Shown here one piece after another: positions 53,401-62,832 of a DNA stretch of 64,000 nucleotides (position 1 is the first letter of the stretch; every line of letters begins with the position of its first letter). The translations under genes and the position numbers were made by a program. The DNA is from Mizuhopecten yessoensis (lineage: Eukaryota), in assembly GCF_002113885.1 (NCBI RefSeq), contig NW_018407747.1:457654-521653 (forward strand), given 5' to 3'. A model generated the notes under the pieces. That model searched no databases. It was not told the DNA's origin and saw only the letters and a list, made by a program, of their open reading frames with translations.

Positions 53401-56400
53401 CTTTTCTCTTTAGGCTTGACACCCCTACCTTTTCTCTTTAGGCTTGACATGCTGTTGACTTAGAGTCATTCATTTTAAATTATAGGGGTGAAAAGAGCAC
53501 AGTTTTTAATTTCAGAACACCTGTAATTTGAGTCTCAAATGATTTTTTACAAGGGAGATAATGCTACCATGTGATTTAACACAAACATCAAAATCTTACA
53601 AACTTGGCAGCATTTTCTTTTAAGATTGTTTTTCAGTTTTCACATTCCAAAGGATCTGCAGCATATGTTCTGTGTAATGTTTACAGGAAATTAACATGCC
53701 TGAAATAAACACCACCAGCAGAAATGTATGTTTCATTACTGGAAACATTATAACAACCAGGTACAGAAAAGGACAACAGAACTCTTTAATGGAATAATTA
53801 GTTTATGTTCATTTAATTACAAAACTTCAATTGTTCGCCATCTCCTTCTGGTTAAAGATTTCTTACATTTCTTTAGCTTCAGATAGGATAAAATTTCCCT
53901 GAATTTATACAAAATCAATCAATTATATAATTTTTAGCTATATATCCAATAATGGCCGAGTGGTTCATTAGAACTTAATATACCATGTATGGTAATTCCT
54001 TTACTCTAATAGCTAAGTGGTCTCTCAGAAAATTAATATATGGTCATTCCTTTTACTCAGTTTGGCTATATGGAGCCATTTGCTTTATTTGTTTATGACT
54101 TACAGTAAGTGACTCTCAAGTACTTAACATCGTAATTCAGCCAAGTATATCGCCAATATACCTGAGCAGGTAAACAATAATAGGTCGTTCATTACACCTG
54201 AAGCTGTTCAGGTGGGCGTATAACATTTAGTGATACTTAACATCTTCTGTAAAATCTCTGTGAAAACCTGTTATTTCAATATTTAAGAAACCATTGTTTT
54301 GACAATTTTTTATTTTAATTTTTTGTTTATGAAATCAATTTTAGCCAAGCAGGATTTATCAATGTTTATTATATGTAAAGATCATTTGGTTAGTGTTGAT
54401 ACATCTTGAGTTTTGATATTCACTGCAAATTTAAACACCTAATTGCTTTTTTGTTTAATCCTACAACATTATTTGATGCTCTATTTTGACTATAGCAAGT
54501 CTATTCAAATACAGAGAAAATATAAACATTTACAGTTTAGCATATGGCTTTATTATATGTTGAATATGGGGATTACTGTACATGTAAGTCCCATATAAGT
54601 TTATCTGACTGCTGGTCAAGGCACAGTGGACAGTGGGCAGTCCTACCTAATCTGACCACTTACCCTTATTTCCATCTATCTGTTATATAATTATAATCAC
54701 CTACAAACAATACACACAGGTATAGTTGTGGTCAGTCAACAATGTGGTCAAGTGGACAGAGACACTGGTCATTCTCTAAACTACCTGTGTGTACTCTAAT
54801 TAACTGTCCAGGTACACAGGTCATGCTGTGAGTGTCTAGCTGACCATTGACTGACCAATGCAACATCACTGCTAACAAGATCATGTCTCCAAACCGTGGT
54901 TAGCTTATACATAAATATAACCCTTTGATTTGAAATATCTTCTTAAATCTACCAAAAATATATTCAAAGATTTTCAATGTTATTGCCTCATGTGACAATT
55001 TAAACCCTGAATACCTTACAAGTCTTAAGTCAAAATGTTCATGATTTAAGTGAAAATAGATGATATCTTTAACATCTGTGTACAGTCAAGCTTTCAAGAC
55101 TTCGCTCCTAAACATCTAGACTGAAGGCATCAGGGCCCACAACAGGTGATGGAGGAGGCAATAAGCTACTGGACAGGTGTAAATAACTGGCCAGTAATTA
55201 TATACCTTTACCTGTACCTATTGTCCAGCTAGTACATTAACCTGTCCAAATGTTATAGGAACAAGCTTTTCATTGTCTTCCGACTCGTCAATATATTGAA
55301 AGTGATCCACATCATGAACTTATAAACTTTTATACAAATTTATGAGCAACGGAGCACAGAGAATTTTGTTTTACCAATCTGTTGCTTACATCTAATGTGT
55401 AGAGTAACTCTAACAGAAAAGAAAAATCCTATATCTCAACCACCAACACTAGTACAGGTGCAGACAGGGTTAATACTGTGTGTTATAGACCTTGTAATGA
55501 ACAATTATAGACCCATAAACGACAAGACCCACACATACAACTTTGATGTGCCGACTATAAATCCGAGCTCATGGTAGCAGTTCTCCACCTGTTTATTCTC
55601 ACTCCCGTACCAAACGTCTAGCAGTGTATAAACAACACTCCGATAAACTTGGAAACAAATTTCTCAGTGTACGCCACATAAATCTCCGTCATTTGATGTT
55701 TTGGAAAAAAAACTTAAAAAGAAAAAACATTATTGACTTTCCCTGGGAAAGGCTTATCTCAAATAATGTGTTCAGCCTTTTTCCCCTGTTAACTTTAACT
55801 TATAATAAATAAATTCACATCAGGAAATTTAATATTTGTGAACCATTATTTTTCCGAAGTAAGAAAAAAGCAGTTTGGGCAAAAATAAAACAATGAAAAG
55901 TGGATAAATGTTGCTACCGTAAGAAACACCCTTGTATTCCCGGATCTGATAAATAAATTATTCAGATTATGAGTAAATTAGTAGAAAATATATCACGACC
56001 AAACACCTTACTCTGGCTCGGAGGTATTGATCATGTTTTGGTACGATACCAGCAACTCTTGATAGAAGAAATGGGAAGATATGGATTTCTACCGATCCGA
56101 TGTATAGTTTCCTGCTGGAAATTAACTTGTAGTGCGGCCAGCTGGTATACTGTATATAGCAACAGATAACCAGTGTTCAACTAGAATGTCATTAATAAAT
56201 AACGATCAATCTAATTAGCACCTTCAATGAACAACAAGAACGGGGCGATCTGAGTCAATTGATTATCATGTACCTTAAGGTAAAGGTATCACTTACATCA
56301 GTTACAATTGCAAAGAAGACTTCTATTCCATCTTGGGGTACTCTCCTTTCTATGTAAAAGACTTTGAAGCAATCAAAATGAGTTTTTCTGGCTTAGAGTA

Positions 56401-59400
56401 ACCTCCCCTGTCAAGTTTTTCATATAATTGGGGTCCATAAATTGGACACTCACATTGATGATGTGTTTGTATGATTCGTGTTTGACAATATTGGTAAAGT
56501 GTATATATAGGCAGTTTCCTTGCTTTCTTTTATTATGATATTTCTGTTTTCAAACATCAAAAAGCTATTATTCTGTAAAGTGCATGATAACATGTTCTTT
56601 ATTTGTAATATTTATTTTTAAAAGACTGCTACATTTCACAGTAGTGACATTGATAATAATATAGTGTAGTCTGTTGGTACAATAATCTTAACTTGAAGCA
56701 TGGCCAAAATATTCTACAGCTTTTTTACAGGTGTTGATCAAATTATTCAATCTCCTAGTCTACAAATTATACTTCTTCTCCACACAAACTTTGAACTCTA
56801 ACCTCTGTTTAGATGTGTTGACAGCGGAAACCTGCCTACGCATAGGTGTAAACTTTTCAGGTGTGTCATTTCATTCATTATGACTTTAAAAATTCACCGG
56901 TTTGAATAAATTACACATACTCCATCAATGAATAACGATGTTGTGCGATTTTTATGTATCACACAATACTTGAAAGTCTACCAAGTAAATTTGTAACTAT
57001 TGCTCTCAAAAATTACATGACGAAAATGATTTTAATACATCACTGTACATGTAGAACTCAAAGTGATATGGTTATGTGTGAGCAAGGCTTAGCGTAATAA
57101 TTTGACACGACACGACCCTCAAAACGGCACGTTTATACGATACCATGTATGAAGTTACAACAATGCTAAAAAGGGTATTATATTTCAAGCCTGTTACAAT
57201 ACTTCATTGAAGTGAATGTTAGCTAGCCCTTGTGCATATGATCATGTTTTATTACAAGGTTTCAAAGCAAATTGATGTTTGTATATAGTGCACAATAGAA
57301 TAATTATGTTGGGTGGTTTTTTTTGCTTTAAAGGAGGTATACAAATACTTTGAATTTTGAATGTCCAATCAAATACGAATGGACCATTTATTAGTTCAGA
57401 TCAAACAGGTTTTCAGATGAATGCTGTGGAACAGACCTCTATAAGGACCTGGTTTTTACAGGTGTCCAGATTGCATTTGGCTATACAGAAATGTACAGTG
57501 GGATCTACCTAAATGTCTGGTTTATACAGGGTTACATAGAAATGCACAGTGGGACCTAGTTGAAGGTCAGTTTATACCCATGTCCAGATTATACAGGGTT
57601 CAGTATAGACAATTATTAACAATACACAGTATGGATAGATCTTTTCAGCTTCTTGAGAATCTTTAAATGAAATAATTTCTCAGAGAAAAATATAGAAATG
57701 CATACACATATTTATTACATACTTACTAATAAATATGGGGTTTTTGTATATGCGATACGACACAATTGCTCTAACCCATATCAGCCCTCGCCGTATCACA
57801 CCCCAAAACCCGTATCAGCCCCTGCCGTATCACACCCCAATACCCTTATCAACCCGCAAAGTCTGTAACACACCCCTTTTGGAAATTTTCGTTCTTCAAT
57901 ATTTCAAAAGAAAAATAGATCATAAGATAGTAGCCTTTATTAGTCTTTATTAGTAAGTATGTAATAAACAGAATAAAACACGCATTTTCCATATCACACC
58001 CAGTTACAGTTAAAAGTTTTCCTTGTATTGCACCGCCTATTGTAATATTGAATATACATGTATATAATAACTATCACCTACTTCAGACCTTAAATATGTG
58101 TGAAATGCCCAGAGTTTCAAGTTGCATGACTCAAGTACCGACAAACACAGCTAACGGTCAGGAAATGACAGATCTACCTCAAGTAGCTTACATAGTTCAC
58201 ATTTCAGACTTCAAACAATGGCCCGAGTGTTTACGTAAATAATGCTAGATCTGAAATAAGGATTAGGGGTTTGGTAAAACTCATTGGAGTTTTAAAACAA
58301 CAAATGCAGTCATTTTTAAACAAAGAGCCAAAAAAAAATGAGAGCCACCTTTAAAATCGATGAAATTGGTTGGAACTTGTTTGAATAAAACAGGGACGTA
58401 TAATCGTTCCTTACGTAGAAATATTAGTTTTTTAACTCCTCAATCAGAGGCATTATTGTTCTTTTTTCTCTTATTGTTTTTTTTTAAATCAAATGAAGTG
58501 AATGTAGCAGTAAATCTATTGGAAACACCATCACAATAACAATACATTGTCTGTATAAGTATGGGGGACGGGGGTATGCAAGTAAAAACTACCAAAAACA
58601 GTTAACAAAGACGTACTGTCTATTTACATTTCAAACAACTGTGATGTCAATTTGAAAACCTAAATCCTGACTTACAGGTTTAAGAAATTATGAAAATATA
58701 ATTACTTTCAGCCATCATCAAAATACTTCAAGGAATTTCCTTAATTTGAGTAAAGTTTCTGATACTGAGCCCCAATATCTTTAATTGATCTGATATACAT
58801 ATGTACCGGGTGTAACCTAATATGGTGGTTCAAAATACCACTATACTATGGTATATATGCATGCGTAAGAAACAGGTGTTTTATTAGGAAACCATGTTCA
58901 CAATATATGAACAGGATTTTGCTCATGTATGTATGTAGGTGAATTACGGTAAAGCTACTGTATTCCCCCACCTCAGTGTGATACTGATATACAAAACACA
59001 GGTAAAACAGGTATACACCTGGGGTCACTTACATACACATGTACCGGTCTGTCCACATCAAACTGGACAGTGTCATATTAAAAGGTCATTGTCGAGTGGA
59101 CAAAGGTAAACACAACAATACACAAATTGGTCATTTTCTACACTAGTGCCACCCGTTCTGAGGCGGCACTCTATAGATAGATCTTCCGACTTCTCTGTTA
59201 ATATCCGCAGTAAATTCTCACAGGGTATTTACTGAAAGATAACCACTATTTTATTGAATTTAAAGTACAGGTATGAAATTGTTATAGGTAGCTGAGAAAG
59301 ACGTTACCTGTCTTAGATTACAAAAGTTCATTCATATTAGGGGACATAAATATTCAGATAAAAAAATACAGGTAGAAATTAACGCTTTAATTAGACAGAA

Positions 59401-62182
59401 GTGTCCACTGTTATGATCAAATGTGAATTTGAGACTTCGATGTAAGAAAACACTGATCTTTCAGATTAAGAAAGAAAACAGCACAGCAAACTCAGTTGTT
59501 TAAATATCAACACAAACCCATAACCAATTAATTCACTTTTATGAACAAATGTAATCATTTGAGTTTCTAAAGAAATGTCTGTGTTTTGAATGACAGCAAA
59601 ACTACTTAAACTTACATATGGCCCATATGTGCACGTCATGAAAAACATAACTGCTGACATTCCGGTAAATCTCGTTAATCACCTGTATGAACGTTGACAA
59701 GCATGATATATGTCTAAGTTTTCATACAGGTAACAAATCATCCTTTACAAGTTCTTCACTTGTGATGTGTCATCTTATACATTTAATTACAATTTCGATA
59801 TTGGTTTAACTGTCCCTTAAGTTGAAGCATAAACAAAGCATGAAATAAGCCAAGTAGGTCATCCCATATTCTCCGACTCAAAGAGGCGGGGAGAGATTTT
59901 GAACATGTACATCCCCTATAAATTTTGACATTCTGCCTATATAGAATTGAACAACTATTTTGCCCACCCCCTCCCACACAATTCTCAATAAAACACTACA
60001 TTACAATTTGTAAGCATTGTCTATGAACTGCAATAGACAATAGCGGGCTTATTACCAGGCATGGGCTTATTTCTGGATAAGTACAGGGTACATAAACTTG
60101 ATTGCAGTGTAAAAGATAACCGATCATACATTATCCAATTTTATTAGGAAAATATGGGAATTTTGCTTCGTTATCTTAACATTACTGAAGATTAATATCG
60201 CTGAATTCTAACAATGTTCTTTCGGTAAGTGAACTGTTATACATGTAGGTAAGGTAGCCTTACAAGAATCATGGTAAAACTTTTGAAAATCTCATGAAAA
60301 CATGCATCAGTTGAAAGGTGCATTATACACATTTCTATTCCCCCAGACATAGTCATTGATGTCAATGTGTACACCACAGTCATACAAATTTTATCTCCCT
60401 AAAGGTCACAGATTCAGCAATTTGTTGTTTCATTTTCAACTTTGACATTTCATTTGTGCAAAATGAAATATACATGAGCATAAGGGGTTTTTACATATAT
60501 ATAAATATACAAATAAAAACTAGAGTTTTGTTTATAGCCAGACTTGAAACTCTGCCAAAAATTAAACGACAAACTCGAACAATACATAACTTGCTGGTAC
60601 ATAACACATTTGTGTTTTATAAAAATTTCTTGTGTCGACTAAAGTATTGTAGTACTTAACAAACATGTTACCAATTTATCACAAATCAGGGTTGACAGAC
60701 TTAAATACAAATTCTGTTATAACCTAGCAACTTTATGCAACTTTCAATTGGTTTAAACAATTTTGTGTGGATAGTAATGTCAGTATATTCACGACCCACC
60801 CCCTCACTTCACCAACTTTGAGATAAAATTTAACCCTGCAATTTGGGGGACACACCCATTTCAAATCTGACCTCAATATCATTCGCAGTGATAAGGTTTC
60901 TTGCAAGGTTGTAGGGAAAAAAAGACATTAACAAAAAAATATAATTAGGATTGTTTTGTTGAAGAGTTTTCATTAATTTAACAAAAAATCTTTGTATATA
61001 TTGTAATGAATTCATCAAAATTAACAAAAGCTATTATTAATGCAACTTATATAAACTGCTTAAAAAACAACTACACAATGATGGGGCAAAAAATGACTCT
61101 TTAAATGACAATTTTAATTTAGACACCTTTTGGAAGTTGAAGATAGTTTGAGCGGGATCTAACTGACATTAGTCTGGTGCAGAGGAACAAGGCCTTGTAC
61201 CAGAAACAAATTGCTAAATTAATTTACTGTTCATCATTAGAAGAACTGTCCCTCTCCCACAATTTCTGCTAATGTGATAACTGCTTCCATATGATGGGTC
61301 CAATACACATGTGTATTCAGGTATTACCCTACTAGTAGTCTGATGGCCAGTGGCTAAAACGGGTCAGTAATGTGGGTTGCAGAAATCTCGGACCGAATCT
61401 TATCCGAAATTATTTTAATGTTTTTCATTTCAGCAAGAAAAAACAATTGGAGTTTAGAATGTCAATAATGTGCAAATTGGGAGGCGATCGATGATTTTAC
61501 ACTGTTACAATACACAATCGACGGAAGCCATGTTTGTTTATATATTTCGCCACACGTGTGTACTGCAACAGGTAAACTATGAACGGTTCCATTACTGTCA
61601 CTATGAATAGACACACATTAAAAACGGGGTTTTTCTAGAGAAATTAAATCGAACTTATGACAGGAGATCTCTGCTGGACCGGAATAGGCGTTCTCACCTG
61701 AAGCAGGTAAAATATGCTAAGGTATTTCACTCAACCATCGTGACCTCTTCAGTCGGTCACGCCCGAATTCCGACGTGTGTGCATGTGAATACAACTGATT
61801 GTATCTGTCATAAATAATATAAAATAAAATTAAGACACTTACCGATGTTGACGATCCTGATCCCCTCATCCTTCTCCAGGAACTCCAAAACCATGGTAAC
61901 ATTTTCAAGTTTCTGTGTTCTGAAGTTGGGCCTCTTGTTGATTTTTTTAAATTGCTTGCCGGAAAGCACTTCAATTAGCGATATTAAACGTAATCCATCG
62001 CTAAGATCGGCTTCTAGGTCGTTTAAAACCTTATTTACCGTTTTCAGGTGTTCATTAGCCCACCTGGAGAAGGTGTTTTTCTGGATAAGCTTCCATTGAG
62101 CGTCGTCCGCTAAATCTCTCTCTGTTGCCGGCATCTCCTCTTCCTCGTCCTCGTCATAAAACTGTGCCTCGCTTTCATCCAT
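2188..62182 (-). CDS. FLNA: Filamin (FLNA/cheerio family), multi-exon gene, 3'-incomplete in window; span of resolved coding exons
   Basis: 23 GT-AG exons join in frame (5709 nt). N-terminal CH domains ([47 protein letters not shown]) are followed by 17 Ig repeats with YGPGL...SPF motifs. Confidence 0.97.
2499..2690. mobile_element. Degenerate MITE-like remnant
   Basis: TACAGTCAAA-type terminus with internal inverted GAGACCATT/AATGGTCTC. Confidence 0.3.
2857..3046 (-). CDS. FLNA: Filamin exon 22 (Ig14-like)
   Basis: [21 protein letters not shown]...[21 protein letters not shown]; 190 nt. Confidence 0.94.
4380..5322. repeat. 41-bp minisatellite, 23 copies, intronic
   Basis: Unit GAATTAACCCCTTTCCCTGGCAGAAAGATGGACCAGTGATA repeated head to tail with few substitutions. 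Confidence 0.97.
5772..5925 (-). CDS. FLNA: Filamin exon 21 (Ig14-like)
   Basis: [52 protein letters not shown]; 154 nt, phase 2-0. Confidence 0.93.
6222..6345 (-). CDS. FLNA: Filamin exon 20 (Ig13-like)
   Basis: [41 protein letters not shown]; 124 nt, phase 1-2. Confidence 0.92.
6563..6733 (-). CDS. FLNA: Filamin exon 19 (Ig13-like)
   Basis: [24 protein letters not shown]...TYTDNQ; 171 nt. Confidence 0.93.
7192..7515 (-). CDS. FLNA: Filamin exon 18 (Ig11/Ig12-like)
   Basis: [19 protein letters not shown]...FADQPIP; 324 nt. Confidence 0.94.
8155..8328 (-). CDS. FLNA: Filamin exon 17 (Ig11-like)
   Basis: [15 protein letters not shown]...YTPEEQ; 174 nt. Confidence 0.93.
10249..10281 (-). 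CDS. Candidate 33-nt cassette microexon in the Ig11-like repeat ([11 protein letters not shown])
   Basis: Long pyrimidine tract TTTTCCTTCTTTTTTCTTACTATTTAGACTTTCAG; donor A|GTAAAT; phase 1-1; TGCATG about 30 nt downstream. Confidence 0.45.
   Translation of the reverse strand, partial: VVCSAWEMGE
10588..11166 (-). CDS. FLNA: Filamin exon 16 (Ig8+Ig9-like pair, copy 3, running into the Ig11-like repeat)
   Basis: [11 protein letters not shown]...[15 protein letters not shown]; 579 nt, phase 1-1. Confidence 0.94.
11350..11919 (-). CDS. FLNA: Filamin exon 15 (Ig8+Ig9-like pair, copy 2)
   Basis: [11 protein letters not shown]...KVNVLGLDK; 570 nt, phase 1-1. Confidence 0.94.
12095..12664 (-). CDS. 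FLNA: Filamin exon 14 (Ig8+Ig9-like pair, copy 1)
   Basis: [11 protein letters not shown]...KVKVVGLDK; 570 nt, phase 1-1. Confidence 0.94.
13102..13326 (-). CDS. FLNA: Filamin exon 13 (Ig6)
   Basis: [12 protein letters not shown]...[26 protein letters not shown]; donor C|GTAAGT; 225 nt. Confidence 0.94.
13512..13632 (-). CDS. FLNA: Filamin exon 12 (Ig6)
   Basis: [40 protein letters not shown]; donor GTGAGG; 121 nt. Confidence 0.93.
13845..14160. repeat. About 92-94 bp tandem repeat derived from the 3' end and donor of exon 11
   Basis: Unit GGTGTTGTATTTACT(A/T)GTGACC..ACT(C/T)ACCCTGAA.GGACTGTTGGGGATCTGTACTCCTCC occurs three times; donor-like sites at 14077, 13983 and 13891. Confidence 0.9.
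14077..14334 (-). CDS. FLNA: Filamin exon 11 (Ig5)
   Basis: [12 protein letters not shown]...[12 protein letters not shown]; donor AGG|GTGAGT; 258 nt. Confidence 0.92.
14849..15042 (-). CDS. FLNA: Filamin exon 10 (Ig4)
   Basis: [28 protein letters not shown]...PQSPF...DSSK; 194 nt. Confidence 0.93.
15361..15624 (-). CDS. FLNA: Filamin exon 9 (Ig3/Ig4)
   Basis: GGKELKC...[10 protein letters not shown]...[30 protein letters not shown]; donor GTAAGA; 264 nt. Confidence 0.93.
16145..16282 (-). CDS. FLNA: Filamin exon 8 (Ig3)
   Basis: [46 protein letters not shown]; 138 nt, phase 1-1. Confidence 0.93.
16596..16669. promoter_or_regulatory. Paired RFX X-box-like motifs
   Basis: GTTGCCATAGCAAC (16656-16669) and ATTTCCATGGCAAC (16596-16609). 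Confidence 0.5.
18354..18404 (-). CDS. 51-nt microexon, Ig2-Ig3 linker ([17 protein letters not shown])
   Basis: GTTGATTTCACAG|CTGGAAAAGGG...GCTCCTG|GTAACT; phase 1-1; two internal in-frame GTAAAC donors. Confidence 0.8.
19319..19684 (+). mobile_element. Degenerate non-autonomous element resembling bivalve Helentron-associated (HINE/pearl-type) repeats
   Basis: AACTAGA start, TGACCTT motifs, GACAGG-like micro-repeat, terminal C-run/G-run palindrome followed by an A-run. Confidence 0.4.
19989..20000 (-). CDS. 12-nt microexon, Ig2-Ig3 linker (AKAP)
   Basis: ATTGATTCACAG|CCAAAGCACCTG|GTAAATATAAG; flanks resemble those of the neighbouring microexons. Confidence 0.72.
20374..20409 (-). CDS. 36-nt microexon, Ig2-Ig3 linker ([12 protein letters not shown])
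   Basis: GATCCACAG|CTGGCACC...CCACCTG|GTAAATATGAG; GC-rich island in an AT-rich intron; phase 1-1. Confidence 0.8.
21354..21560 (-). CDS. FLNA: Filamin exon 7 (Ig2)
   Basis: [13 protein letters not shown]...[12 protein letters not shown]; donor G|GTACGA; 207 nt, phase 1-1. Confidence 0.94.
23223..23236. promoter_or_regulatory. RFX X-box motif
   Basis: GTTACCATGGAAAC matches the GTNNCCATRGNAAC X-box consensus. Confidence 0.45.
24098..24127 (-). CDS. Candidate 30-nt cassette microexon in Ig2 ([10 protein letters not shown])
   Basis: TTTTAATAAACAG|ATGCAGGGGGCTCCAAATTGGTAGGAAAGG|GTAAGT; phase 1-1, no stop. Confidence 0.6.
25782..25944 (-). CDS. FLNA: Filamin exon 6 (Ig1/Ig2)
   Basis: [15 protein letters not shown]...[16 protein letters not shown]...EVFTK; donor A|GTAAGT; 163 nt. 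Confidence 0.94.
26972..27046 (+). mobile_element. tRNA-derived SINE-like head or degenerate tRNA pseudogene
   Basis: Pol III A box TAGCTCAGTCGG and B box GGTTCAAATCC at tRNA spacing; acceptor and anticodon stems do not pair. Confidence 0.6.
27269..27346 (-). CDS. FLNA: Filamin exon 5 (Ig1)
   Basis: [26 protein letters not shown]; AG...GTAAGT; 78 nt. Confidence 0.92.
27604..27870 (-). CDS. FLNA: Filamin exon 4 (end of CH2, start of Ig1)
   Basis: [25 protein letters not shown]...[13 protein letters not shown]...KEP; donor GTAAGT; 267 nt. Confidence 0.95.
29980..30077 (-). CDS. FLNA: Filamin exon 3 (CH2)
   Basis: [33 protein letters not shown]; donor CAG|GTGGGT; 98 nt; absent from the ORF track. 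Confidence 0.93.
31418..31669 (-). CDS. FLNA: Filamin exon 2 (end of CH1, start of CH2)
   Basis: TTTTGCAG|AC...; [24 protein letters not shown]...ALVDAVGP; donor G|GTGCGT; 252 nt, phase 1-1. Confidence 0.95.
50934..50997. repeat. Short tandem repeat of CTCTATTATCTGACT(CGG), about 4 copies
   Basis: Directly visible in the sequence. Confidence 0.85.
53392..53449. repeat. 28-bp tandem duplication
   Basis: CACCCCTACCTTTTCTCTTTAGGCTTGA occurs twice. Confidence 0.85.
57380..57610. mobile_element. Degenerate MITE-like remnant with internal sub-repeats
   Basis: Repeated GTC(C/T)(A/G)G(A/T)TTATACAGGGTT and AGAAATG(T/C)ACAGTGGGA motifs. Confidence 0.3.
61843..62182 (-). CDS. FLNA: Filamin coding exon 1 (acidic N-terminus, CH1)
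   Basis: Kozak CCAACCATGG; [12 protein letters not shown]...GIRIVNI; donor G|GTAAGT; 340 nt, ends phase 1. Confidence 0.96.
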
Positions 62183-62427
62183 GGTTGGTTTATATATACC
62201 GCCGTTGACAAAAATGGGATCTCACGCTTGAGTGAGTACAAGTGATTCACCTATGAGGAGGGCAGGCCTTAGCCCTTTCTGATACAAGTAGCGATTTCCC
62301 ACAGGGAGTGTCCAAAGAGAGAAATATCAAATTCCTTGTTTATATTTGTTTATTGTTTCTTTGTTTTTATGAAACTTTGATTTTTAAGTGACTCGCTCTC
62401 TAGTCCCCGTGATTAGTTTCCGATCGT
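62183..62427 (-). other. 5' UTR part of the first coding exon
   Basis: Acceptor TTTTGTATCTTTTCAG at 62428; 245 nt with no upstream ATG; implies an upstream non-coding exon, as in vertebrate FLNA. Confidence 0.6.
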
Positions 62428-62698
62428 CTGAAAAGATACAAAACACACATTATATAACTGATTATGTTACATTCATATACTATTTGTTAAATTATGTATG
62501 ATGCATTTTATGGTGTTGTTAATACTTGTATGTAAATAACAGGTTTCTTACGTAACGAAGCGCAGACGCGTTCACACATGAGTCACATATTTTCACAGTT
62601 TGAAAGTTACTATCAAACGAATTATTTGCTGTCTATTTCTCTCCTCGATCATTAAAATATTATACTTATTACTAATTTGAATATTGATACGATTTTTT

Positions 62699-62832
62699 TT
62701 AATTGAACATTGAAATACATTTTTGAATAGTTATGTTCACACTTCAAATTGAACATTGAAATACATTTGTAGCAAGTTGAACTTATTTGAAATTGACCAC
62801 TGAAATACATTTTTGACCAGTTATATGAACAT
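62699..62832. repeat. Degenerate tandem repeat of about 45 bp, 3 copies
   Basis: AATTGA(A/C)CA(T/C)TGAAATACATTT occurs three times. Confidence 0.75.

Noticed and set aside
32358-58825. CArG/SRF boxes at 32358, 33435, 45202 and 58816
   Set aside because: Plausible for a filamin gene, but about 4 are expected by chance in 64 kb of this composition.
31764-61027. Many 60-135 aa ORFs in the large intron
   Set aside because: AT-rich, no recognisable domains, and no transposase or reverse transcriptase motifs; no nested gene can be supported.
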